From the NCBI GenBank assembly GCA_022561455.1, contig JADFRC010000001.1, positions 1 through 48,984 on the forward strand: a stretch of DNA of 48,984 nt. The letters run 5' to 3'. This DNA comes from Chloroflexota bacterium. Lineage in GTDB: Bacteria > Chloroflexota > Dehalococcoidia > Lucifugimonadales > Australimonadaceae. The notes below the pieces were generated by a model, which was given only the letters and a program-made list of their open reading frames with translations, searched no databases and was not told the origin of the DNA. Both the position numbers and the translations under genes were made by a program. This document shows, piece after piece, positions 8,907 through 16,744 of this stretch (position 1 is its first letter; every line of letters begins with the position of its first letter).

Positions 8907-9449
8907 CTAACCTGCGCCGCGCCGCCGCTCAAGCATCTGCAGGTACGCCGCTCGCAACCCGACCATGCTCGCCATCAAGGTGGCCCCGGCGATGGCGGCC
9001 CAAGCGGTGGTGGGAAAGCTCACGATGAGGAAACCGAGGTAGCCGGCGCCACCGGCACGGCCGGTGTTGCGCATGAGTGCCAGCGCCGCGAGCGTAACAG
9101 CCCCCGCGATGATCCCCGCCATCGGCGACAGCCCGATGACGACGCCACCGGCACTGGCCATCCCGGTTCCTCCTCTGAACTTCAAGAAGAGGGGATACCA
9201 GTGCCCGACGAGACAGGCAGCCCCTGCTACCGCCACGATCGGTGCGGGCGTGCCCAGCACGTCGGCCGCGGCCACCGCCGCGATCCCCTTGAGGACATCG
9301 GCAACGAGGACGAACACCCCCAAGGGGCGGCTCACCGTCCGGAACACATTCGCCGCGCCTGGATTCCGGGTCCCGGCCTCCAGGATGCCGATGCCGCGAG
9401 AACGCGCCACGAGGTAGGCGACGGGTATCGACCCGAGCAGATAGCCCAC
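8907..9449 (-). CDS. plsY: Glycerol-3-phosphate acyltransferase PlsY
   Basis: YLLGSIP, GTRNPGAANVFR and HWYPLFLKFRGGTG blocks. The 5' end is uncertain (see finding). Confidence 0.85.
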   Translation of the reverse strand: MGYLLGSIPVAYLVARSRGIGILEAGTRNPGAANVFRTVSRPLGVFVLVADVLKGIAAVAAADVLGTPAPIVAVAGAACLVGHWYPLFLKFRGGTGMASAGGVVIGLSPMAGIIAGAVTLAALALMRNTGRAGGAGYLGFLIVSFPTTAWAAIAGATLMASMVGLRAAYLQMLERRRGAG

Positions 9450-9497
9450 CAGAACGGCGATCGCCGTGGATGCTAGCGGATGGATGTGCCACCTCCC

Positions 9498-10346
9498 CTA
9501 TCGCGCGAGTTGTTCTAGGAAGCTCGCGAGGACCGCGAAATACGGCTCACCACCCACGATGTAGGTATCGTTGTGACCGGCACCGGGGATGACGTGGAAC
9601 CGCTTGGGCTCCCGGGCCGCCTCGAAGAGCCGTCTCCCCGCATCGAGGGGGACGATGTCGTCCTTGTCCCCGTGCAGGATGAGCAGAGGCACCGCGACGT
9701 CAGCGATCTTGGAGAGAGCATCGTAGCGGGCGCGGAGGATGCGCTGCACGAGCCAAGCCGGAAGGAACGGGTAGGCCTGCCGGGCCACGAACGAGACGGA
9801 CGGTAACGGGGACTCCAGGATGAGACCGTAAGCGGGTTGGCGCCCCGCCAGGTCGACGGCGACCGCGCCGCCGAGAGAACGGCCGAAGTAGACGATCCGG
9901 TCTGAACGAACGTCCTCGCGGGAGTTGAGGTATGCCAGCGCGGCCTCTGCGTCCAGATAGAGCCCCTTCTCGGAGGGCGTTCCCTCGCTTCGGCCGTAGC
10001 CCCGGTAGTCGAAGAGAAAGACGTTCACGCCCAGGCGGTCATGGAGCTGCTTCAGGTTCCCCAGCCGATCGCTGACGTTCCCCGCGTTCCCGTGGAACCA
10101 GAGCCACGTGACGTCGCCGCGCCCAGGCACGAACCAGCCGTGGAGCGTGATCCCATCCTCGGTCGTGAACGACACGTCCTCGTAGGCCAATCCGGCCTCC
10201 GAGGGAGTAGCGGCCAACCCCCTCTCCGGGAAGTAGAGGAAGAACCGTTCGAGCACGCCGGCCACCCCGGCAGCCCAGATCAGAGCGAGAGCTGCCGCCC
10301 CACCAATCGTCAGGCGCATCGTCGATCGAAACAGTCGCCGTGCCAT
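9498..10346 (-). CDS. Alpha/beta hydrolase (S33/BAAT-like serine hydrolase), membrane anchored
   Basis: Real start judged to be ATG at 10346 (MARRLFRSTMRLTIGGAAALALIW). Nucleophile elbow GRSLGG, HGDKDDIVP and GAGHND. The longer track ORF (to 11096) overlaps the CPBP gene out of frame. Confidence 0.85.
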   Translation of the reverse strand: MARRLFRSTMRLTIGGAAALALIWAAGVAGVLERFFLYFPERGLAATPSEAGLAYEDVSFTTEDGITLHGWFVPGRGDVTWLWFHGNAGNVSDRLGNLKQLHDRLGVNVFLFDYRGYGRSEGTPSEKGLYLDAEAALAYLNSREDVRSDRIVYFGRSLGGAVAVDLAGRQPAYGLILESPLPSVSFVARQAYPFLPAWLVQRILRARYDALSKIADVAVPLLILHGDKDDIVPLDAGRRLFEAAREPKRFHVIPGAGHNDTYIVGGEPYFAVLASFLEQLAR

Positions 10347-10405
10347 CACTTGACCACCGTCCAGGCTACCGGATACGAGCCGCCGCGTGTCGCACCGGGC
10401 ACAGG

Positions 10406-11119
10406 TCAGGCCGCCAGGTACGACGCCACCAGCGCGAGCGAGTTGATCAGGCCGTGCGCCACGACGGGCGCGGCGATGCCGCCCGTGCGTACGCGTAGTG
10501 CCGTGAAGAGCAATCCGGCGAGGGCGGTGGCCAGGACGCTGCCAGCCACGAACAGGAGGGCGAGCCCTGCGGAGGCGTCCGGCCGGTTGGCCGCCAGTGC
10601 CTCCAGGCTCGGCGTGATGTGCCACAGCCCGAAGGCGGCGCTGGGGACGGCCCACGCCGCCCTTGCCCCGGCAGCCCTCAGCCACGCCGCGTGGAGCACG
10701 CCCCGGAACATCCACTCTTCGAACAGCGCGGTACCAAGAGGGATGCGGACGGCAGCGGCGTAGACCAGCGCGGGCAGGCCCAGGTCCTGCACCCGCGCGT
10801 CCTCGAGCAACCCCTGGCCGGCGGGCACGAGCAGAGCAATATAGAGCGGCGCGACGATCGCCAGCCCGGCCGCCGTGCCCCAGCGCAGCCCAGGAAGGAG
10901 CGCACGGCGGTCCAAGCCCAGGCCCGCTCGCCCCAGGCGCAGCCACCGCCAGGCCACGAGGCCGAAGACCACGCCCACTGCCAGGTTGAGCGGGACGTAG
11001 AGTACGTCGTGGACGTTCTGGGGCAGCAGGTTGACCAGGTTGTTGTAGATGACCGCCGCCAGGGTAAGGGCGACGGCGGTCGGGACGGGCCGCCATGAAC
11101 CGTGGGCAGCGCGGCCCAT
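10406..11119 (-). CDS. CPBP (CAAX) family intramembrane glutamic endopeptidase
   Basis: EEWMFRG, FGLWH and HGLINS motifs in a polytopic protein. ATG 11119-11117 overlaps the oppF-like stop (ATGA). Confidence 0.8.
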   Translation of the reverse strand: MGRAAHGSWRPVPTAVALTLAAVIYNNLVNLLPQNVHDVLYVPLNLAVGVVFGLVAWRWLRLGRAGLGLDRRALLPGLRWGTAAGLAIVAPLYIALLVPAGQGLLEDARVQDLGLPALVYAAAVRIPLGTALFEEWMFRGVLHAAWLRAAGARAAWAVPSAAFGLWHITPSLEALAANRPDASAGLALLFVAGSVLATALAGLLFTALRVRTGGIAAPVVAHGLINSLALVASYLAA

Positions 11120-12099
11120 CAGGTCTCGTCCTCGTAGAGGTAGCACGCCGCGTAGTGGCCCGGCTCGACCTCGCGCAGCGTGGGCCGCTGGAGCTCGCAC
11201 CGGCCCGCCATGAACCGCGGACAGCGGGGGTGGAAGGGGCAGCCCGCGGGCGGGTCGGCGGCGCTCGGCACCTCGCCCGGCACGACCGGCCGCTCGCGGA
11301 GGCGGTTCGCCGGGTCGGGCTCCGGCACGGCGTCGATCAGCGCCTTCGTATACGGATGCAGCGGGCGCTCCACCACCGCTTCCGGCGTCCCGATCTCGAC
11401 GATGCTGCCGAGGTACATCACGGCGATGCGGCCGGCGAAGTGACGCGCGCTGGCGATGTCGTGCGTGACGTAGAGGAAGGCGATGCCGTACGTCGCTTGG
11501 AGGTCGCGCAGCAGGTAGAGGAGCTCGGCCCGGCTCGAAGCGTCGATCATCGACACCGGCTCGTCCGCCACCACGTAGCGCGGCTCGAGCACGAGCGCCC
11601 TCGCGATGCCCACCCGCTGGCGCTGGCCGCCGGAGAGCAGGTGCGGGTACATCGGCAGGAAGACGTCGGCCGGACGCAGCTGCACGTCCTCCAGCGCCTT
11701 GCGCGCGCGGTCGGTGCGCTCCGCCGCTGTGCCGATGCCGTGGACGGCGAGCGGCTCCTCGACGGCCTCCCGCACCGTGTGGTAGGGGTTGAGGCTCGAA
11801 TAGGGGTCCTGGAAGATGGCTTGCGCTTGGCGCCGGAAGCCCTTCAGCTCCCGCTCGGGCGCGTCCGTGATGTCGCGGCCGTCGAAACGCACAGAGCCGC
11901 TCGCCGGGCGCACCAGCCGCAGGGACGCGCGTCCGAGCGTCGTCTTGCCGCTCCCGGACTCGCCGACGAGCGCGACGGTCTCGCCGGCCTCGATCGTGAG
12001 CGAGACGCCGTCGACCGCGTGGATGGCGACGGTGCGGAACAGCCCCGTCCGTGCGTGGAAGCGGACGACGAGATCGCTGAGCTCGACGAGGCCTGCCAC
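11119..12099 (-). CDS. Oligopeptide/dipeptide ABC transporter ATP-binding protein (OppF/DppF-like)
   Basis: Walker A GESGSGKTT, signature LSGGQRQRV, and the C-terminal HPYTKAL...PAGCPFHPRCP oligopeptide-type extension. Confidence 0.92.
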   Translation of the reverse strand: MAGLVELSDLVVRFHARTGLFRTVAIHAVDGVSLTIEAGETVALVGESGSGKTTLGRASLRLVRPASGSVRFDGRDITDAPERELKGFRRQAQAIFQDPYSSLNPYHTVREAVEEPLAVHGIGTAAERTDRARKALEDVQLRPADVFLPMYPHLLSGGQRQRVGIARALVLEPRYVVADEPVSMIDASSRAELLYLLRDLQATYGIAFLYVTHDIASARHFAGRIAVMYLGSIVEIGTPEAVVERPLHPYTKALIDAVPEPDPANRLRERPVVPGEVPSAADPPAGCPFHPRCPRFMAGRCELQRPTLREVEPGHYAACYLYEDET

Positions 12100-12101
12100 G
12101 T

Positions 12102-13079
12102 CTATCCCCTACCCTTCGACTGCCCCAGCAGCCAGCACCGCGCGTGCTGCGCGCCGCCTGCTTCGAACCACGGCGGCACGTCGCTGTCGCAGGGCTCGAA
12201 GGCGAAGTCGCAGCGCGGGTGGAAGCGGCAGCCGGACGGCGGGTCGACGAGGTCGGGCGGGCGGCCGGGGATGAACTCGGGCTGCGCGGGGTCGTGGAGG
12301 CGCGGGATGCTCGCGATGAGCTTCTGCGTATACGGGTGCTTGGGCGCCGTCAGCACCTCCGCGAGCGTCCCCGACTCGACGTGCTCGCCGCCGTAGGCGA
12401 CGACGACCCGGTCGCACAGGTCGCTGGCGAGCGCGATGTCGTGCGTGATGAACAGCATCGCCATGCCCCGCTCGCGCTTGAGCTGCTTGAGCAGGTTCAT
12501 GACCTGGGCCTGGACGCTCACGTCCAGCGCCGAGGTCGGCTCGTCGAGGATGAGGATGCGTGGGTCCATCATGAGCGCCATCGCGAGCACGACGCGCTGC
12601 TTCATGCCGCCGCTGAGCTCGTGGGGGTAACGCTTGATGATGTCCCGTGGCAGCCCCACGAGCTCCAGCAGCTCCTCCGCCTTGCGGTACGCCTCCCGCT
12701 TGGACGCGCCGCTCTCCACCAGCACGCGCTCGGTCACCTGGCGCCCCACGTTCAGCACTGGGTTCAGCGAGCTCATGGCGCCCTGGAAGACCATCGCCAT
12801 CGTCCGCCACCGCACCTCCTTGCGGAAGCGCTCGTCCGTCAGCGCCATGAGGTCCTCGCCGTCGTAGAGCACCTCGCCGTCGTAGCGCGCGACGTTGCGC
12901 GGCAGGATGCGCATGAGCGCGTTCGCCATCGACGTCTTGCCGCTGCCCGATTCGCCCACGATGCCGACGACCTCGCCCGGTGAGCCGATCTCGAACGACA
13001 CGCCGTCCACCGCCCGCACGGGCCCGCGCGGCGTCTCGTAGTGGAGCCGCAGGTCGCGCACGTCGAGCAGCGGCGTCAC
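12102..13079 (-). CDS. Oligopeptide/dipeptide ABC transporter ATP-binding protein (OppD/DppD-like)
   Basis: GESGSGKTS, LSGGMKQRV and HPYTQKL...PSGCRFHPRC. The GTG start at 13079 overlaps the upstream permease stop (GTGA); the rest of the 764-aa track ORF is out-of-frame overlap. Confidence 0.9.
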   Translation of the reverse strand: MTPLLDVRDLRLHYETPRGPVRAVDGVSFEIGSPGEVVGIVGESGSGKTSMANALMRILPRNVARYDGEVLYDGEDLMALTDERFRKEVRWRTMAMVFQGAMSSLNPVLNVGRQVTERVLVESGASKREAYRKAEELLELVGLPRDIIKRYPHELSGGMKQRVVLAMALMMDPRILILDEPTSALDVSVQAQVMNLLKQLKRERGMAMLFITHDIALASDLCDRVVVAYGGEHVESGTLAEVLTAPKHPYTQKLIASIPRLHDPAQPEFIPGRPPDLVDPPSGCRFHPRCDFAFEPCDSDVPPWFEAGGAQHARCWLLGQSKGRG

Positions 13080-14530
13080 CGGCCCGCCCCCAGCGCGCGA
13101 TAGCCCGCCGGCGCGCCCGAGCGCAGCCGCGGGTTCACCACCGGCTCCATGCCGAGCGCGAGCAGCATGAAGGTGAGCGCCGTGATGACGATCGCCACGC
13201 CGGGCGGGATCACCCACCACCACCAGCCGAGGAACACGGCCCCCGTCCTGAACCCGGACTCGAGGATCTGCCCCCACGTCACCACGGACGGGTCGCCGAG
13301 GCCCAGGAAGCTCAGGCCGGCCTCCGCCAGGATGGCCGCGGGAGCGAAGAAGATCATCTGCGCGAGCACGTACGGCGCCGTGTGCGGGAAGATGTGGCGG
13401 GACATGATCCGCCACCTTGATGCGCCGATGACGACCGCCGACTCGACGAGCTGCCCGCTCCGCAGCTGGAGGACCATCGAGCGCACCAGGATGGTGAGCC
13501 CAGGCCAGCTGAACGCGACCAGGAAGAGGATGATGAGCAGCAGGTGCGAGCCAACGACGAAGACCAAGAAGATGAGCAGGGGCAGCAGCGGCACGTTGGC
13601 CACGACGTCCGCCAGGCGCTGGATGACCAGGTCCGTCTTGCCGCCCATGTACCCACTGACGATGCCGAGCGTCGCCCCGATCGCCGTCGACGCAATGGAT
13701 GCCGTGATGCCGATGAACAGCGCGATGGGGAGCCCGATCAGCAGCCCCTGTGCCAGGTCCCGCCCGAGCGAGTCGGTCCCCATGAGGCCGAAGCGCGAGC
13801 CGCCCGCGACGAACCGCACGCTCCCGAGCTCGTCGCGCGGGTCGTCGAACGTGGCGCGCAGCTCGAGGTCGTAGGAGCCCCGCAGGAGCCGCAGCCCGTC
13901 CGGCGCGCCGGGCTCGGGCACCGAGACGATCGCGCGGGCCAGCGCATCGCGCAGGTCCTCCGGCGGCACGTCGGCTGCGTATTCGTCCAAGAAGAGCTCG
14001 CGGAGCGCCGTCGTCGTACGCTCGCCACTCGTCAATGCGACGCGCAGGGACCCCTCGCCGAAGCGCTCGTAGGGCGCGGCCTCCCCGCTCCGCGGCCCCG
14101 GCACCTGCGGGCGCGCGAGGACGACCGACGTGCCGTCGGGACGGCGCACGACGACCTCCAAGCGCGGCGGCCGGGCGTGATACCTCACGCCGGCGACGGC
14201 GACCGTCAGGAAGGTTGGCGGCACATCGGCCTCGAACTCCAGCCGCAGGCGGTAGGTCCGCGTCGCGCCGCTCACCTCGGCGGGCTCCTCGGTCTCGAGC
14301 ACCGTGTGGGGCATCGACCGCCCGCCGCTCAGCAGGCCGGTCCACACCGGCGGCACGCTCCGGGGGTTGTCCGCCCAGACCGACGGGTTGCTCCACCGCT
14401 TCGCGCCGAAATCCAGCGGGAAGGCCACCAGCGCATAGAGCGAGAGCGCCAGCAGCGCCACCAGCAAGCCCATCCCGGCCTTGCCTGGGCCGGTGGCCAG
14501 CAGCTCCCGGAGCATGCCGCGCGGCGTCAT
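13076..14530 (-). CDS. Peptide ABC transporter permease (OppC/DppC-like) with a long extracytoplasmic insertion after TM1
   Basis: The C-terminal half has the BPD_transp_1 pattern. The start MTPRGMLRELL at 14530 overlaps the OppB-like stop (ATGA). Confidence 0.85.
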   Translation of the reverse strand: MTPRGMLRELLATGPGKAGMGLLVALLALSLYALVAFPLDFGAKRWSNPSVWADNPRSVPPVWTGLLSGGRSMPHTVLETEEPAEVSGATRTYRLRLEFEADVPPTFLTVAVAGVRYHARPPRLEVVVRRPDGTSVVLARPQVPGPRSGEAAPYERFGEGSLRVALTSGERTTTALRELFLDEYAADVPPEDLRDALARAIVSVPEPGAPDGLRLLRGSYDLELRATFDDPRDELGSVRFVAGGSRFGLMGTDSLGRDLAQGLLIGLPIALFIGITASIASTAIGATLGIVSGYMGGKTDLVIQRLADVVANVPLLPLLIFLVFVVGSHLLLIILFLVAFSWPGLTILVRSMVLQLRSGQLVESAVVIGASRWRIMSRHIFPHTAPYVLAQMIFFAPAAILAEAGLSFLGLGDPSVVTWGQILESGFRTGAVFLGWWWWVIPPGVAIVITALTFMLLALGMEPVVNPRLRSGAPAGYRALGAGR

Positions 14531-15582
14531 CAGGTGTACCGCACGCGCGGGTCCAGCAGGACGTAGAGCACCTCGAGCAGCCAGCGCGCGGCGACGTAGA
14601 GCAGCGTGAAGACGAAGGTGAGCGCGACGATGACCGCTTCGTCCGGCGTCCCCGCGACGGCGTCGAAGTAGAGGCGGCCCATGCCCCGCCAGTTGAACAC
14701 CGTCTCGATGAGGATGGAGCCGCCGAGCGAGCTCGTGAGCCCCAGGATGAGGCCCGTGACGATGGGCGGCGCGGCCACCCGCAGGATGTGCCGCCGCACG
14801 ACGACCCCCTCCGGCAGCCCCTTCGCCCGCGCGACCATCACGTGGTCCTCCTGCGCCACGCTCAAGGTCATCGTCCGCACGCTGTAGAGGTACGGCCCGA
14901 CGGTGACGAGCACCAGCGAGAACACCGGCAGCACGGCGTGCCAGAGGAGGTCCAAGAAGCGCAGGAGTCCGGCCTCCGGAGGCGGCGTGCTGTACATGCC
15001 GCCCGCGGGCAGCAGCCGGAGCTGGAACGCGAACAGCAGGATCATCAGGATGCCGAGCCACCACGCCGGGATCGCGAACGACGTCGCCGCGAAGTACGAG
15101 AGCGCGCGGTCGAGCTTCGTCCCGGCGCGCGCGGCCATGGTCGAGCCGACGACGAGGCCGATCGCGGCCGTGATGACGAGCGCGGTCGTGATGAGCAGCG
15201 CCGTGTTCGGAAGCCGCTCCAGGATGATGTCGGAGACCCGCCTGCTGCCGGACGAGCTCTTGAGCGTGCGCGCCTCGCCCAGATCGAGCGTGATCACGCG
15301 CAGGACGGTATCTGGCAGCCGGGTGTACCAGGAGCGGTCGAGCCCATAGAAGCGCTCGAGCTCGCCGCGCTGTGCCTCGACCGCGCGCTCGAGCTCCACG
15401 GGGTCGCGGATCGTCTCGGCAAGCGCCGTCCGCAACCCCCGCACCTCCTCGCCCACCACGGCGCGGAGCATGCGGTCGGAGAAGCCGGTGGCGCCGAGGC
15501 TGACCACCAGTAGCACGAGCACGGCGAGCAGCACGCCGATCAGCGTGACGGCCCGGACCGCCAGCGGCCTCACGAAAGACAT
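14530..15582 (-). CDS. Peptide ABC transporter permease (OppB/DppB-like)
   Basis: Polytopic permease ending ...LLDPRVRYT. The start is taken as ATG 15582 (MSFVRPLAVR); ATG 15633 is an alternative but would overlap the divergent promoter. Confidence 0.85.
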   Translation of the reverse strand: MSFVRPLAVRAVTLIGVLLAVLVLLVVSLGATGFSDRMLRAVVGEEVRGLRTALAETIRDPVELERAVEAQRGELERFYGLDRSWYTRLPDTVLRVITLDLGEARTLKSSSGSRRVSDIILERLPNTALLITTALVITAAIGLVVGSTMAARAGTKLDRALSYFAATSFAIPAWWLGILMILLFAFQLRLLPAGGMYSTPPPEAGLLRFLDLLWHAVLPVFSLVLVTVGPYLYSVRTMTLSVAQEDHVMVARAKGLPEGVVVRRHILRVAAPPIVTGLILGLTSSLGGSILIETVFNWRGMGRLYFDAVAGTPDEAVIVALTFVFTLLYVAARWLLEVLYVLLDPRVRYT

Positions 15583-15623
15583 GGCTCGCAGTCTACCGCC
15601 GATGGGCGCCAGCGTCGCCGCGA

Positions 15624-15652
15624 TTGAACCCATACGAGCGGGTGGGTAGAAT
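15624..15652 (+). promoter_or_regulatory. Sigma-70-like promoter for the LigB-type dioxygenase gene
   Basis: TTGAAC (15624-15629), a 17-nt spacer, then TAGAAT (15647-15652), about 60 nt upstream of ATG 15713. Confidence 0.4.
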
Positions 15653-15712
15653 CGCCAGCGCCAGACCTACCCCTGGACGTTGCAATCGACACGGGCAAAG
15701 CGAGGTTGAGCG

Positions 15713-16717
15713 ATGGCAGAGCTTGTTGGCGGCATAGGGACCTCTCACAGTCCGATGCTGAGCATGGCATCCGACGCCTGGGCGGCGCGGGCCGGAGCCA
15801 ACGATCAGCGCAACCAAGGCCTGGTCGGGACCGATGGGATCGTCTCCAACTACGAGGATCTCCTGACCAGGACCGACGTCAGCCGGATCGCGAAAGAGAT
15901 CACGCCTGAGAAGATGCTCGAGCGGCACCAACGGAATCAAGCCGGCATAGCCTGGGTACACGACCAGCTGTATGAGCAGAAGCTGGACGTGCTCGTCCTG
16001 ATCGGAGATGACCAGCACGAGTATCTGCGTGACGACAACATGCCCGGTTTCTGCGTCTACTGGGGAGACGAGGTGAAGGTCAAAGGCCAGGGCACCGAGT
16101 ACACGGGCTCGACGGGGAACCAGCCGCTGATCGGCTATGCCATCGAGGACCGGATGGTGCCGACGCACTCCGTGCTGGGCAGGCACATCATCGAGTATCT
16201 GGTCGAGGCCGAGTTCGACGTCGGGTGTTCGAATCACCTGGACTACGACAAGGGGGGACGCTCTCGCGGTGGGGTCGGCCATGCGTTCGGATTCGTCTAC
16301 CACCGGATCATGACCGAAGCGCTGATCCCGACCGTGCCCATCATGGTCAACACGTACTACCCGCCGAACCAGCCGACCCCGAAGCGGAGCTACGATTTCG
16401 GCAGGATGCTCCGCCGCGCCATCGAAGCGTGGCCGGTGGACGCCCGCGTCGGTGTCCTGGCCACCGGAGGGCTCAGCCACTTCGTGGTCGACGAGGAGCT
16501 GGACGGCATGGCGCTCGACGCCATGAAGGACAAGGACATCGCCACGCTTTCAGCGCTGCCGCGGCCTCGGATGAACTCGGGCAACTCGGAGATCCGCAAC
16601 TGGATCGCGCTGACCGGTGCTACGGAGCATCTGGACATGGAGCTCCACGACTACGTGCCCTGCTACCGCTCCCCCGCCGGGACCGGCTGTGCCATGGCGT
16701 TCGCGAAGTGGTCTTGA
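15713..16717 (+). CDS. Class III extradiol ring-cleavage dioxygenase (LigB/gallate dioxygenase-like)
   Basis: 334 aa. N-terminal ELVGGIGTSHSPML is typical of LigB-family catalytic subunits, and GGLSHF lies near the C-terminal third. Confidence 0.78.
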   Translation: MAELVGGIGTSHSPMLSMASDAWAARAGANDQRNQGLVGTDGIVSNYEDLLTRTDVSRIAKEITPEKMLERHQRNQAGIAWVHDQLYEQKLDVLVLIGDDQHEYLRDDNMPGFCVYWGDEVKVKGQGTEYTGSTGNQPLIGYAIEDRMVPTHSVLGRHIIEYLVEAEFDVGCSNHLDYDKGGRSRGGVGHAFGFVYHRIMTEALIPTVPIMVNTYYPPNQPTPKRSYDFGRMLRRAIEAWPVDARVGVLATGGLSHFVVDEELDGMALDAMKDKDIATLSALPRPRMNSGNSEIRNWIALTGATEHLDMELHDYVPCYRSPAGTGCAMAFAKWS

Positions 16718-16744
16718 GGCGCTCGCGCCGAGCCATCCCTGGCG

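Noticed and set aside
13080-14396. N-terminal two-thirds of the 764-aa track ORF 12102..14396; similarly 10347..11096 of ORF 9498..11096 and 19226..19990 of ORF 16745..19990
   Set aside because: The homologous part of each protein starts at an internal start codon that overlaps or abuts the upstream gene stop (GTGA, ATGA). The upstream extensions overlap real genes in another frame.
14035-15513. 492-aa plus-strand ORF; the same applies to 17498..19285, 2601..3734, 44071..45183, 46030..46932 and 47236..48255
   Set aside because: All lie opposite well-supported genes (Opp permeases, SBP, DinB/amidohydrolase, NHL, CopB) and encode Arg/Ala/Pro/Gly-rich low-complexity products. They are interpreted as GC-driven antisense ORFs.
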